Assembly: GCA_001643675.2 (NCBI GenBank)
Contig: LSRY02000038.1
Coordinates: 1-64,000, forward strand
From: Monocercomonoides exilis PA203
Taxonomy: Eukaryota > Protista > Preaxostyla
Direction: 5' to 3'
DNA length: 64,000 nt
Shown here: positions 24,801 through 38,065 of the stretch, one piece after another
Layout: every line of letters begins with the position of its first letter
Numbering within the stretch: position 1 is the stretch's first letter
Program-made: the position numbers and the translations under genes
Notes under the pieces: model-generated
Told to the model about the DNA's origin: nothing
What the model saw: only the letters and a program-made list of their open reading frames with translations
Database searches by the model: none

Positions 24801-27800
24801 CACTGAAGAAAATCTTGAAGCGATCAACTTGAACAACGCACAGAATGCAACAGACGTAAAAACAGATCCTTCTGCTTCAGGTTCATCTGCAGCTTCGGCG
24901 AAAGAAAACAAAAAGATGGGCACTTTCTCTCTCCAAACGCAAATCTCAAACAAAATCACCAGCCCCCACTCTGCTTCCTCCGCGTGACTGCCAACTCTAC
25001 CAGAAATTCTGTCTCATTCTCACAAATATCAGTCAATTCGGGAACAACCTCCTCTTCTTCATCCAACAGTGAGAAGTCAGTTTCCTCTGAAAGTTCTGCA
25101 CAGCTCGCACAGTCCAACCAGCCTCTGAATGTTTCGATTCTAACACCTTCAAGCACGCCCTGTTTACTTCTCTCTCCGTTTTCGGCAAGATTTTCGGATG
25201 TTATCACTCCAATTCAGAGCATACCAAACAATGGAAGCAACACTCGAAGAAAAAGCAATAGCAGCAATGGTTTCTCGGAAGTTTAAGATTTGCCTTCTGC
25301 ATATTCATGTAATATCTTCTCAGCCGAATTCATTATCTTCTTCAATTTCATCTTCATCATCTTCTTTTTTTTCTTCAACTCAATCAATGCATTCAGCCAC
25401 TCAACCAGTCTCCTCTTCTCCTCCAGAATCTGTTCCTTCCCTTGGCTCAGATCTCCATCTCTTCACCTCTTACTCCCTCCCTGTCACACCAAACCGTCCT
25501 TCTTTTCTCTCCAAACATTCTCTTCCTTCAACACGTTTGTGCCTCCTCCAAGTGCTCTTTCTGTTCTCCTCACCATTCTCTTGGAATTATGTACCAACCT
25601 TTCCTTCTTCCACCTTATCCACTTCTCATCACTTTTTCCTGAGAGGCTTTGGGCTGCTCAAATTCCAGCACTGTTCCTGACACAGCAAACACAGTTTTGA
25701 GTAACTGATCCAAATGAACGACTGTTTTATTAACTCGCAAGTGCTTCCATGCAATGAGAACATATTTCCTGCTTCTTCTTTTTCTGCTGAACTTAAAGAG
25801 AACTCAATTTTCTCAGGTTCATCTTCGTTCATGTGCAGCTTTAACAGCAATTCATCAACTTCTTCTCTTCCCACAAAGATAAAGGTGCTTTCTCTCTCAG
25901 AGCAGCTTCTCAAATTGCTCATTTTTCAATGTTCTTTGCTAAGAGTTTTCAACGCGATTTCAAACTGAAAGTGAAAGTTTAATCATAAGTTTTGATGAGT
26001 GTTATTGCAACAAATCTGAAAATGTTGCTGTTCTATCTGCGTTAATTTCCCTATCACTTATCCTCATCTTTAAATATATACATATGCAAAACTCGACTTC
26101 CAGCAATATCGTGTCTGCGCACATCAAAGCAGTATCTGAACTTGCATTCAGGGCAAATACGCTGAATGCAACCGACGTCTAGTTCTTCTCGCTGCTTTTG
26201 CTTGTTCTCTTTTTGCTGGAGGATTCAGATGCGAGAACAAGGGCAAGAGCTTCGAAACAGTTGCACATATGATTGCGGTACCTTGTATTGGAGAAAGAGG
26301 GATGTGAAATACAGGTGGAAGAAGGAGAAGACGAAGAAGATGTTGAAGAAATTGGAAATGGAAGAGCAAGTCATCGACATCTTGATCGCATTCCGCAAAT
26401 GAAAAGCAGAGCGGTTGTTTTCAGTAAGATGAAGATAAAAGAGAATATTAAAAAAAACATGAATGACTCTGCACGTGATGTGTCTTCCTCCACGGTCAAA
26501 AGTCAAATTCATTCAATCATTTTACAACATGTGTTTAAGCGCTATCCACATCTCTTTGACCCTCTGTTCCAGGATGAGCTGCGCAGCTTTGAGACGACAG
26601 ATCGCTCGGGCTGCAAGGCGCTGCTTCAGATAATGACAACGTTGCCACATTGCACATTGTATACTGCAAACTGTTTATTGCTCACATGTTTCTTATTCGT
26701 CCGCCTCAAATATTGCAGCAGGAGCTGAAGCAGAAGTGGAAGCAGAAGAAGATGCTTGAACAATGAGACAACGATTTTTGCCACAACAGTGATTGAGACG
26801 TCTGCGCAGAATTAACTTGATTTCCATATTTTGTTCACGAGTTCTGTTGACCGCTCAGACGAGAGCTTATTGCAGCGGAGTATTCACCAGGCAGAGTCGG
26901 CTTCCGAAGCATCTCTGTTTTCGTAGTGGATTGCACAAATGATAGCGTCTGTGTTCTCTTCCTCAAAGTCAAATTCAGAAAAGGCAAGTTTTACTAGTCA
27001 CAAGGAAAAGAGCACTCAAGATGGTCTGTTTTTGCAGAATGCGTTTCTACAAAAGGAGCAGCAACTGACAGGGTCTTGTTTGGCTTCTGCTCCAAAATGC
27101 ATAGCAGAATATTTTTCTCAGCAGGAGAAGTTTTATTTGACTTCTCTTTCAAACCTCTTCTCCTCCACAACAAGTGAAGGATTGTTCAACTCTCTTATCC
27201 CATCTTTGGAAGGTGTTTCGCAGTATTTTTTGATAAGCTACGTGTTTGACAAATATCCTGTCATGTCCTCAGATAACCTTCTATCGCTGCTGCTTCCATG
27301 CCCTCATTCCGATAAGATGTTCTGCAATGCAATCTGTTCATTGCTCAAAAGCGACAGTTACTTATTCTCTCATTCCGTGCAAAATATAATGTCATTACAC
27401 TTTCGTTTGCTGAGCAATAACACCATCTCATCCACCGGTGTCTGCTTTCCTTCTGCCTTTCTCCTCAGATCGAAATGATCATCGGAGCTACCCCTGAGTT
27501 TGCAGCAGTTTTAGAATTGTTCCACAAATCAAGCAATATATAGGATATATCTGACACATCAATTTCTGAGAATGTTTCAAGCAAGAAGCACAAACGGAAG
27601 CACCTCCGACACCACTCACGCTTCGCCCAGATGAAGAAGCGTTCGTCGAGGTTGTTCCACACATCGTCATCACACTCACTTAGTGGTTCTAAACTGCGCA
27701 GCTCATATGGAAGCACTTCTGGAGGCTCTTTCATCTCTTCGGTCCCGTTTGCCTTGGACTTCCGGCAAAGTTCATTTGCGCCAGCAGTTCCATTGTCATC

Positions 27801-29863
27801 AACATCATCTTCCTCGTCTTCATCATCTGTGCTATCATCATCGTCTGCTGCATCTGTTCACATTAATGCTTTGTCTTCCTCTTCGTTTGCCCTGCCGCAT
27901 TCGGCTCCTCCGAGCACTCGGCCTGTGCGCATGCGCTATTCCTCGTTTAGTCAGTCGTCTTCTCATCCAAACTCCTTCGACTTCATTTTGAGCTCCCTTT
28001 CTCCTCGAAGATCGCTCAACCAGCTACAATACACAAAACCAATGCCTTTCACTAGGATTTCTCATTCAGGAGAGCCAATTTCTGAAATGGGAAGCTATCC
28101 GTTTTCTTCCTCTAACTCCTATTCTTTTTCTTCTTCTTCAACCTCGGCTGCCTTTACCACATCTTTTTCTCTCAGAGTATCCACCTCTGCTGCTTCCATC
28201 ACCGGTCACCCACTCTCTGCTGTTGTATCCACTTCTACCGCACCAAAACAGCATTTACGTCTTGTCTCAGCTGCGCAAAGCAGGCAGTCTTCTTTATTTA
28301 AGATGAAAAGACCAGGCTAAGTCGGATCATCAATTGCACGAATCGCTTTTCAAGAGACAGAAAATTTTGAAGCAACAGCACTCGGCACAAGCCGCATAGA
28401 GCATTCTCAGCTGTCAGTGCATTCGATGATGTCAGGACAGCAGGAGTCGATGTTAGGAGTGCTGTGGGAGAATAGCTTGTTATTCTCATATAGTGAAGAA
28501 GGAGCTAATAGAAATTTAGCCAAATCGAAAAAGAAGAGAGAGAAGAAGGCAAACAGAAAAGGATTGAAAGGAATGGAAAGTGATTCTCCTTCAGCGAACG
28601 AATCTAATTTCCATGCGGATAGAAAAGATAACAGCGAGCACTCACTAGATGTGTTGACAAGATTGACACTGGCTTCTGTGCATCAGCGCAGAAAACGCCT
28701 TATCAGCAGATATTTGATATCCACGACAATGACAATTTCGCGCAGCTTGCTTCCGCTCCTTTTTCCTCGTTTCATTTGAAAAAAAGGTTTATTGTGATTT
28801 ATGTTGCAGACAACTGTGAGAACAATGCAGAGACCTCAGTTGATACGTCTGTCGCGCCTCAGTCATTCGGCTCAGTGAACATTGCCAAGCTAACTTTATT
28901 TGCGAGTGAATGACACAAAAGAATGATGAATGAATATCTTAACTTCTTCCCAATTGAGCTGCTCCGTCAGTTATGACCAATGAATCCGTTCAACAATAAC
29001 AGAACGCGAAAATCGCATCATCTGTTATTGTCATTTCAACATCGCCTGTGAATATTACGAATTCTATACAGCAAGAGTCTTCTGTTTCTCACCGGCAAAT
29101 CATCCACACGAGGCACATGAAGATGCTTGAATGGCAGATCAGAGGAGACAAGACGTATGAAGCAGAAGTATACAGCCAGGCCCAACTCATCTCGTTTTCT
29201 TCCTCTCCATCTTTATCATCCCCATTGGACGTTTCGCGTTCTCAGCTTCCCTTCATGCATAAACGATCAGGCAATGCCCTGTTTTGCAAATAGTTTCCAT
29301 ATAGTTCTTCATTCACTGCTTCACTTCAGGCGCAGTACTTCACTCATCAAAATGAATCGCACTTAGGATCGAACACAAGCAGCCGCGAACAGCTTCAGAG
29401 CAACTCGCTTTCTACTCCACGCTCTTATCTTCCATCAATTTCTTCATACAAAGCAATCTCTTCGAGTCATCAAAGTTCAGGCCGTTCAACGCTGACTTCA
29501 ACAACGAAATGAAATGGATAAGCAGGATTCAATCTAAGCAGGTACAAAAACAAAGGAGATGCAAACCGACAAAAGAAAAAAGATTGAAGAAAGACAATTT
29601 CGCACGAAAAAGCAAATTCGATGCTGGAAGATTTGAAAACTCTTGGCTTTGTGTCTTCGGTGCCGTCTTTCATTTTGCCAATCTGCGGTGATCTTCACAG
29701 GAAATACGAGCGAAAGCAGAAGGAAGAAGAAGAGCGGGCGAAACAAGAACACAGAGTTTTAATGGCGCAGTCGGTCACTCTCCGCATGCAAGTTATTACA
29801 CGAACTGCTTTTCCTTTGGTTTTCCAAAATGCGCCTGTCACTTCTTCGATTACAACTAATTAG
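18880..29863 (+). pseudogene. Large Ser-rich, helical-repeat-like gene remnant, interrupted by the TIR element and by many stops and frameshifts
   Basis: A chain of plus-strand fragments with raised GC and Ser-rich low-complexity coding style (e.g. 21911-22393, 23372-23956, 26939-27478, 27631-28320). In-frame stops and frameshifts separate them. Removing the TIR element restores ...EDEVENRHFNI|IYHRLFSLTN... Confidence 0.6.
18990..21185. mobile_element. Non-autonomous TIR (foldback/MITE-like) DNA transposon with 938-bp TIRs and TA target-site duplication; Tc1/mariner-like by TSD
   Basis: 18990-19927 is the reverse complement of 20248-21185, which explains the mirror ORFs in the track. The spacer is 320 bp and AT-rich. 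TA flanks both ends (18988-89, 21186-87). Each end carries a duplicated 18-mer TGGTGCCAAACCCGGAAC. No transposase ORF. Confidence 0.9.
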
Positions 29864-30461
29864 ATATCTTCCATTCCTGTTCTTATTCACTTTTTTATAA
29901 TTGAAAAGTTAATTTATCATTCTTTTTACAAAATAAGTTCTGTTATTTCTTTTTAATGAGATGGATTAAAGCTTCTTTGTTAATAAAGCAAACTTGGTTA
30001 ACAGTTCATTTTTATATCCTTTTGAGAATATTCGTTAATAAAGCGTTTGTTTTGTTTTTGAAGATGAATATTCAATTTGTGTATCGCTTTATTGTTCATT
30101 TCATCAAATAAACATTAATAACCTAATATATTCGTTCATAAGCACGAATAAAAGTGAATATATAATATATGAGAAGAAGATCTGAGAATCTTTGAAATAA
30201 AAACAATAACTTTCTTGTATTGAGGTGTTTGCTTCAAGATTAGCGAAAAAGAATTCAGAGTTGAAATAAATACTCTGAAAATGAAATTTTCAAATAAGTG
30301 TTGTAAAAAACAAGCAAAAACATAACTTCAATCATAAATACCAAAGCAGATACTTTGATAACCAAAATCAAAAACAAAACAAAAGAAATAAAAAATGCTA
30401 ACCTTGACAAAAACCTTTCTGAATATTTGCAACTGCTTGAAAATGGCAACTGTTAAGCAGT

Positions 30462-33400
30462 CTAAGCTTTATCTTTTTCAACCTCCAGCATTTTTTCCAC
30501 TTCTTCGACACCGACGGGAACATCATCTTCAACTTCTGCAATTTCACGAATGTTGCTTTCTTCATCTGGCATTGCTTTTCTTGTTTCTTCATTAAATTTA
30601 TCGTTTCTTTTTTGTATTCGAATAATATTACGAATCCTATCTCTACACGAGTTCGGAGATCTGTTTGGTAATTGCGTTGCTATTTCTTTGAATGAAATCC
30701 CTTCAAGAAATTTTTCCATTAAGATTTTATCTTCAGAAGGAGTCCACATGATTCTTGCAGGCCTATTGAAAAGCGGATTGATTGCTCTTTGCTCTCTGAG
30801 CTTTGGCTTTATCTTTGGCTCAGAAAATATCATCGGAACTTTTCCATCTAAATAGTCCTCTATTCCTTTCAAGTATTGATGAACGATTTGAATAATATCA
30901 AAAGATTCACTGAGTAAATCCTCACATATAATTGTTCTTGAGTATTTAATGGAAGAAATGTCTTTTGGCTTTGTGATGCTCCTATTCTTCAAAAATCGAT
31001 TGGCAGCGATATTGTTGAGTCTGTTAACGCACGAATAAGGATAGAATAAACGACTACATGAAAATTTGATATATTCCAGAACAATAAAGTTGAAAGAATC
31101 AATGATACTCTTATTGTTCCACTCGACTTCTTTCAATTTGATATTATGAAACACGCAAGGAGTTGACAGATCTTTTTCAAAAGGCTCATCGCTTTCGACA
31201 ACTTCGTCAGGAAGAATTATCCTGTTCGCAACGATTGTTCCTTTCTCTGCTTTCTTTATGTACCTTCTTTGGCATTCTGATCCTTCATCCCATCTTCCAA
31301 TAATAGCTGTTGTCTCCAAAACGCTTTCTTTTCTTTCCATATGATTTCCTATCTTCAATAATGCTGAACAAATAAATCCAGATCGTAATGAATGGAATCC
31401 GAAGATGTTTTCTGGATATCCTGCCTGTGAAGCCCTTTTTTGTAATCTTTTTCTCATTGCTCCTTTTCTGATTCCCCAAATAAACTGGTTTCCTAAGTCT
31501 CCCAACTTCCATTCATCAAATAATGTCAATGATAAACCATATTCCTCTACAAGAAATTGCTCCAGCCAATAAACAACGTTTAAAGTTTGTTTCTGTGTAA
31601 TATCTCCCTCGACTGTAACGCAGTGATCGTCGTTGAACATTCCTTTTACATGAACGAGATTGATTGTGACCTTCATCATTGTTGAATTCTCTCCAACATA
31701 GACTCTCGCGATATCTCTCAGTTTAATGTGAGAGCAAGTGTGACTTCTGGCACCCGTGCTTATTGCAAACAGAAATAAGGAAGCTTCCCTAGGTTTTTCA
31801 ATGCACCAATCCGGAATGCATTGAAGAATCCAACACAAGTCAGGCACAATCAAAGGCTCCTTCTTCCATTTTTCTGCTTCCTCCTTCTCTTTTTTCCCAT
31901 AAGCTTCGCTCAAACAGTATCTTTTTCTGGCGAGCTTCACTTCCTTCAGCGCAACAAGCATTTTGTGCGAAACAGTTTCTGGAACTGGGCTATTTGTACG
32001 ATATCTTGAAATGGCTTTCAGGGAACTTATTACATCATCTCTAATCGTGCTGATTGAATATTGTAATGCAATTCCCATCAGCTTTATGAAACCGTATGCA
32101 GGCTTTTCGCTAAGAGGCCATGGTTCGTATTCCATCACTTCGCAGAATTGTGTGTACATCGAAAAGATCCATCTGTGAGTTTTCCTTCTATCTTCCGAGA
32201 ATTGAAGACCAGGAACCAAATATTCCTTTATTGAATCCTTGCTGCAACATCGCAAAGCCTTTGATAATCTTGTTGGTGATTCATACTCGTTCCTGATGGG
32301 ATTCAATATCGGTCTTATCGATGGACTTGTTGATATGCTTAATGGTGGAATGAAATTCTCATTATGTGGACCGTAGATGTCAGTGGCTGATAAAAGGCTT
32401 GTTCCGTGTTTGTTCGCTAAAAATGTATTTGATGGATTATCTTCCTTCATTTCTACAGACAACCTTCTCCAAATCAAATTTCGATTTTCATCTGTGTCCA
32501 AAGTTATTCTTTTTCTTTTAATTCTTTCCTTTGATGGAATATCATTCGTTGAATCAGAGTTTGACAGTTTGCTAGTTGATTTTTCCTCTTCTTTTTCACT
32601 TTCCTTTTCGCTCCTCTCTTGTTTCAGCTGTAGGCGTTCCACAGAGAATTTTGTTTTCTGATCTTTTTGACAAGATTCACTTTCATTTTCGCATGGCTTC
32701 ACTGTGTCAAGGATCTCGTCTCTTTCTTCTGAGTAGTCACTGCTTTGTGTTGAATCATCTTCATCCTCTTCATCAATGAACGACTTTTCCATTTCATTAT
32801 AAAACTTCATTTTTGCACTTCGAGGAGGATTTCTTCGTAAATCCTTTTCCAATACGCAAGGTGTCAAAGAAGAAGTTTCGGAAAACGAAGATGGAGAAGA
32901 AGATCTGCATTGAGTGGAATTGCTACGTATTGTCTTTTCATTGTTTGATTTTGACACATGTATTTTCTTTTCCTTCTTCTTGTAACTCTTATTTTTATTT
33001 TTTTTCGTTGCTTTTCTTTTCGTGCTTTTCTTTTGGGATTCTTCTTTAGCAAGATGTTTTGGCTCATTCTTGATAACTTTTGATGTGGGGCATTGTTGTT
33101 TTGGGCTTTCCTTTTCCTTTTTATTCCTTTCTCTGCATCTCTCGTCAAGGTCTTCATGCCGAGAGAAATAGAGAGGACGAGGAAATTGAGAAGTGTGGGC
33201 GAATTTCCTCACATGTTCCAGTGATGGTTGTGGAGGAAGATTGTCAAGTTTTGAAAACTTGCAAGATATTCTTGGCACTTTTCCTCCATCACCCTGGCTC
33301 ATCAGCCATTGTACCAATGAAAGTGAAGCTGTGGAATCTTCTTCTTCATTTTCAGAATCTTCTTCAGATTCCAAAGCATAACTGCAATGCCTCAACGGAG

Positions 33401-33584
33401 ACATAGGAGATGGGAGGGGAGAAGAGGGAGGAGACAAAAGAGAAGGAGAAGTTGGAGGAGGCGAAAAGAAGTGTTCATTTTCTGGAGAGATAATTGGATT
33501 AATCGGCTTTTTGGAGGTTTCAATTTCTAACAACATTTTTTCTTTGGATTCTTTTGTTTTTTCTATTGTTAAAGTGAATGACAT
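30462..33584 (-). CDS. Tyrosine recombinase-Myb fusion, copy 2 (1040 aa)
   Basis: TGAR, HVKG, FGFHSLRSG, IGRW, RRYI catalytic set. C-terminal Myb WTPSEDKILM..FKEIATQLPNRSPNSCRDRIRNI. Uninterrupted ORF. Confidence 0.92.
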   Translation of the reverse strand: MSFTLTIEKTKESKEKMLLEIETSKKPINPIISPENEHFFSPPPTSPSLLSPPSSPLPSPMSPLRHCSYALESEEDSENEEEDSTASLSLVQWLMSQGDGGKVPRISCKFSKLDNLPPQPSLEHVRKFAHTSQFPRPLYFSRHEDLDERCRERNKKEKESPKQQCPTSKVIKNEPKHLAKEESQKKSTKRKATKKNKNKSYKKKEKKIHVSKSNNEKTIRSNSTQCRSSSPSSFSETSSLTPCVLEKDLRRNPPRSAKMKFYNEMEKSFIDEEDEDDSTQSSDYSEERDEILDTVKPCENESESCQKDQKTKFSVERLQLKQERSEKESEKEEEKSTSKLSNSDSTNDIPSKERIKRKRITLDTDENRNLIWRRLSVEMKEDNPSNTFLANKHGTSLLSATDIYGPHNENFIPPLSISTSPSIRPILNPIRNEYESPTRLSKALRCCSKDSIKEYLVPGLQFSEDRRKTHRWIFSMYTQFCEVMEYEPWPLSEKPAYGFIKLMGIALQYSISTIRDDVISSLKAISRYRTNSPVPETVSHKMLVALKEVKLARKRYCLSEAYGKKEKEEAEKWKKEPLIVPDLCWILQCIPDWCIEKPREASLFLFAISTGARSHTCSHIKLRDIARVYVGENSTMMKVTINLVHVKGMFNDDHCVTVEGDITQKQTLNVVYWLEQFLVEEYGLSLTLFDEWKLGDLGNQFIWGIRKGAMRKRLQKRASQAGYPENIFGFHSLRSGFICSALLKIGNHMERKESVLETTAIIGRWDEGSECQRRYIKKAEKGTIVANRIILPDEVVESDEPFEKDLSTPCVFHNIKLKEVEWNNKSIIDSFNFIVLEYIKFSCSRLFYPYSCVNRLNNIAANRFLKNRSITKPKDISSIKYSRTIICEDLLSESFDIIQIVHQYLKGIEDYLDGKVPMIFSEPKIKPKLREQRAINPLFNRPARIMWTPSEDKILMEKFLEGISFKEIATQLPNRSPNSCRDRIRNIIRIQKRNDKFNEETRKAMPDEESNIREIAEVEDDVPVGVEEVEKMLEVEKDKA

Positions 33585-34399
33585 AGAAATTATTAATGAA
33601 GCTCATATAGAAATGACAAACTTTCAAAAAAGTGCCTGTTTTTCCTTTCGATTTGAAAGAAGAAAAGAGCTTATTGAATAAATTGCAAAAAGGAAAAGGG
33701 CAAACACTCTTCGATTGTATCTTTCAATCTGCTTTATCATATCAATAATTCCGAGATTATGTTTCTGTTTATCAATAGACATTTACAGATCAATGTGCTC
33801 ATATGAAAATGGAATTTATCAAACATACCAAATTTGTGAACAACTTGAAACAATAAATATAAAGTTCAAATTATGTTATTCTCATGATCATAAAACTTAT
33901 AATATGTATTTTTGGAACGAGTAAAACTTTTTTTCTATTGTTTTTTGAGTTCTCATTTCATTCATTTGAATATTCATTTCGATTGTTTGCATGAATACTC
34001 CTTTTTAAACATTTTTACTCATTAGAAATCGATTAGATTGTGTGTTCATTATCATTGTAATTTTTTTGAGAATTTTCATTTTTTTGACAGTTTCCTTTTT
34101 ACAATTCATTAAGAGTGTATATATTTTAAATAAAAAGTTGTTCTTGTCGAACAATTATAAATGTTTTGATAAAAAAATGTTATTCAATCGTGACTTTTTA
34201 TTGGAATAGTTCTAATACAAAAAAAGCATCGTTTGATTCTTTTTTTCAGATTCAAATAATGAATAACATTCTCAGTCTCTTTCGCAATACTTTATCTTTC
34301 AATCATCTTTTTCATTTTCACTTTTTTTCTTGTTCGTATTGATTCTATTCTTTCTTTTCTTTAAAAACAAAAAAGGTGAGCTACACGGGATGATTGACA

Positions 34400-36670
34400 T
34401 TCCTTTTCATGTAAAAATGAAGCATCTGAGTAGCCAGTAGAACTGATGGCAGGCTTGAAGGCTAACATGAAAAGAATTTAATTACAAGAGCAGTTCGTCT
34501 CTTCACTTTGCGATTTTTTCTTTTTTGTCTTTGCCATTCAGGAGGTGAAGCGAAGAGAAGAATGTCGAAAGGAATGAACAAAAATTGTCGTCCTTATCAT
34601 CCACTGCACATTCAGCTGATCCATTAGATGCATCTGCTGTGGCAACATCACACAAGTCGGAAGCAGTAATGGATGATGTGGAAAGGGATCTGCGGACTGT
34701 GATGCTTGTTGCTGCTGGAGTGCATGAATTGTATCTGTCTCTGTCATTACTGCTGTGGGAAGACATTTTGGTGAGGATTGTGAGGCTGTACGAGTGTAGA
34801 GTTCGATGGATTAGGAATTTCTGACGTTTTCAGCTCTCTGCTTGAAAAATTGGAGGGAAAACCGTCGAAGAAATAAGCAAATCATTTCAAACGAAAATGT
34901 GACTTCCCACTCTCTGATCTGCTTGACCATTGCAGCAGTCGAGGCGTTTGACGATGTAGCCAGATGAAGAAGGCTCATGCTATGCTGATGTTAAGCAAGT
35001 CGTGCGGAAAGTTCGAGGCACAGATGGCGGAGCTGAAAGGGGAGAAGAAGGGGCTGGGGCGGTAGATCCGAGAGCTGAAAGAGCAGCACGAAGAGGCAAA
35101 GAAGAAGATGGATAAGCGGTATTCGAAGTTTAGCATGCTGCTGCAGAAGATCCGTGAAGGCGAGAAGATCTAGAAGCGGAGAAGTGGGCTGGTAAAGAAG
35201 ATGCAGTAGAAGGATAAGATCAAACAGATAAATCAGAAAAAGATTCTGGAGCTAAGCAAGAAGCACAACACAAATGTGAAGGATGTGAAGCAGGTGAAGG
35301 AGAAGAAGTGCTGGGCTCAGCAAGGAGGATTAATGAGTGTGGATGGCAAGTGGAAACTGGCTGGTCAGGGGTTGCAATTGCCATATCTTTTTCGTTGGTT
35401 TCTTTGTGTGTGGCGGGATGGTTCTGTTTTTTATTTCGTTGATTTTTCAATCGCATTTTAGTGAAAAATTCCATGAGAAGTTTGCAGCAAGGAATTAAAA
35501 AAGAATAGCGCTGGGACAAATGGAAAAAGGGAGGCAGTCAGTGCAGTGGAAGAGCAGATGCAACGGGGAGGAAGAAGATGAACAAGATGGAGAATGAAAC
35601 GAAAATGCTAAAGGAGCTGTTGAAAGTGCACTTACAGACTACAAGAGAGTTTAGGATGCAGTTCAAGGAAATGATTGAGAAGCAGAAGTTAGAGATTGCG
35701 CAAAAGTAGCAGAAGCAGAAGAATAGCAAATCAGTTTTGAAGGTGATGATTTACGGGAGGGAAGTTATTCAATAAGAATATTGCAGAGATGTGGCCGTTT
35801 GGAAAGTTTGTTGGAAGAAGTTTAACGAAAACAAATTGCAGTTCTTCATGTTTTTCGACATCGTGCTTCAAATGGCAGTAAAGAAGAAGATCAAGATGTT
35901 TTTTGTGGAGTTTGTGGGGCTGCAGAAAGGAGAGGAGAATAGCAGACGCATCTATGTTTCCAGAGTTTCTGCTGAAATACAAACGGACCGAGGTAGCAAA
36001 GCGAAAGTACGCGATGAATGAGCTGCATGAAGTCAAAAATACAAGTGAAACATCAACTTATTTGTCTTCGCCTTTGTTATCATGTGCGGCTTGTTGTGGC
36101 TTCGCATATTGTGAGATGGAGTCTCTTCTGTATGTGCCATCTGAGAAAACTGCCTGCGCTATTGCTGCGGATCTTCCAGGAGCATGTAGACTATCTGGTT
36201 GTTGTCTGCTTTCGTTTGCCTAAGAACTGGAGGTGCACCAGCTCGGCAACTTTTTCAAGCCGTTCCTGCGGATTCCTGATGTGTGCAACGCAGATGTTCG
36301 GCTGGGGCCTCAGACAGCGTCTGATAGCAGAAATGTTGCTTATACTGTGAGTTGGTACCTGGCGCTGTTGAAGTTAGCTCTGAACAACAGAGTGTGAAAA
36401 CTTTCGGGGGTGTCGGCGGGGGTGTTTGTAGGGGTGTTTGCAGGTGCGGGGCTGAAGCTGCGGGTGGAGGCGGTGCAGTCTGTGGTAGGGAAGAAAGAAG
36501 GGCTGCAGGCGCTGTTCCTGATGGTTCTGATGCTTGTGAAGGATCTTATTGAGCTGAAGCTGTGGAAGAAAGGAAGTTGAAGGGGAGATCTGCTTAAGGC
36601 TGCTGCTGGTGGAAGTGTAGTGCATGGAGCTGTTTCACAATGCGATGGGACAGCCGGGGAGCAGGTAATT
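34400..36670 (+). pseudogene. Degenerate coiled-coil protein gene
   Basis: A K/E/Q-rich frame at ~34.96-35.8 kb (..AQMAELKGEKK..IRELKEQHEEAKKKM..) is interrupted by in-frame TAG/TAA and frameshifts. Higher-GC coding-style sequence runs to ~36.67 kb. Confidence 0.5.
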
Positions 36671-36687
36671 ATATATTGCCAAGTATT

Positions 36688-37025
36688 ATCTTCTTCTCTC
36701 TCATTCTCTTTCTTTTCTAATTCTTTAATTTCTTTCTTCTTTTTTTTTATTTTTTCTTCTTTTTCTTCCTTTTCTTCTTTAAATTTCTTCTTCTTTCTCT
36801 TCCATCATTTTCTTCTTTTCTTCTTCTCTTTCTTTATATTTTCTTCTTCTCATTTCTTCTTCTCATCTTTTTCTCTTTCTTTCTCTCTTTCAATCATTTC
36901 TTTCTCTTTTTCTTTCGTTTGCTTTCCAAATATTAATTTATTTATTTATTTTTCTTTCTTCAATTTCTTTCTTTATTTCTTCTCTTTTTATTTCTTCATC
37001 TTCTTCCTCTTCTTTCTTCTGTTTC
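36688..37025. repeat. Degenerate TTC/TTCT pyrimidine-rich low-complexity tract
   Basis: Nearly pure T/C sequence. The overlapping F/S-rich ORF is an artefact. Confidence 0.75.
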
Positions 37026-37667
37026 TCGTCGTGTTCAGTTTTTTTCACAAAGTTTTTGACAGAAACAAAAAAGCAATTTCCACTGTAAATGCAACATTTA
37101 TCTTTTTTCATATTTCATAACAAAACAACCGAAATAAAGTTGAAAATATTGAAAAAGGCGAATGTGAAAAAGAAGGAGGGGGATAAGCAATAATAGAAGA
37201 GGCTCTTTTTGTTTTTATTGAGCAGTTATTGTCTGAAAAGATTCCAATAGAAATTGTTTTCGAAGTTGGATCTCCAATTAGAAAAATGCGGCCTTCAGTC
37301 AGCTTTACTCCTCTAGTGACAATCAAATGTTATGCAACTTTTTTAACAAATGCATATATCAAATGCATTTTCTGTCTCTTCAATTTGTTTCAATTAAACA
37401 TTCGTTTTATTGATCTCATCTCTATTCAGCAAAAATGAAGACTTCTTGAATGAAAGCTTTGCAATTGAGCAGCAATCAACATGAAGAATTCATTTTTAAA
37501 TGCTCAAAAATGTTGAAATTGAGAACTGATTCATTGTTTTCAAATATCCTAACTGAAGAAAACTGGACAAATGAGTAAAAATTTTCTCTATTTGCCTTAT
37601 GACTAATAGAATTGCATGAAAACGAAAACAATTCCCCAATGTTGAATTTCTATCATTCAATCCTTAC

Positions 37668-38065
37668 GTTCCCCGAAGTTCTGATAAGACTGCCCTCATA
37701 GAAATTAATTGTTGAGTCCTTGTTCACCAAAGCAGCTGAGGGAGATTTTTTGTCAGCGAATGATCACACTCACAGCACTGATTTTTACATTGGTGATTGT
37801 TTCATCTGAGATTAACAGCCGCGAAAAGTGAAATGGAATGATGTGTTGCACTCCCACATCCAATGATCCACAAGGCAAAATGAACTCTCCACATCACTTT
37901 CCATCTCTGCGGTTGCCTGTTGCTGGAGAAACAAATATTGCATAGTTCTGGTATCTCATAATCCTCAAAAAAAGATCTTCTTCGCCAAAAGACGTATCTG
38001 TTGCGCTGCACCACATCGCTGGTTCTTTCACATTAGTCTCTCTGTCATCTGCTGCAAATTTGTCA
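37668..38065 (-). pseudogene. Fragment of an oxymonad-type large repetitive (putative surface) protein
   Basis: The minus strand reads ..GEEDLFLRIMRYQNYAIFVSPATGNRRDGK*CGEFILPCGSLDVGVQHII.., a CGxxxxPCxSL motif with in-frame stops. The family assignment is from recall and has not been searched. Confidence 0.4.

Noticed and set aside
34960-35790. TAA/TAG read as Gln (known in the oxymonad Streblomastix), suggested by several in-frame TAGs in a coiled-coil frame
   Set aside because: Three AT-rich ORFs of >1000 codons and the 441-aa gene contain no internal TAR. The YR genes end at TAA/TAG soon after the Myb domain. The region also has frameshifts, so decay is the simpler explanation.
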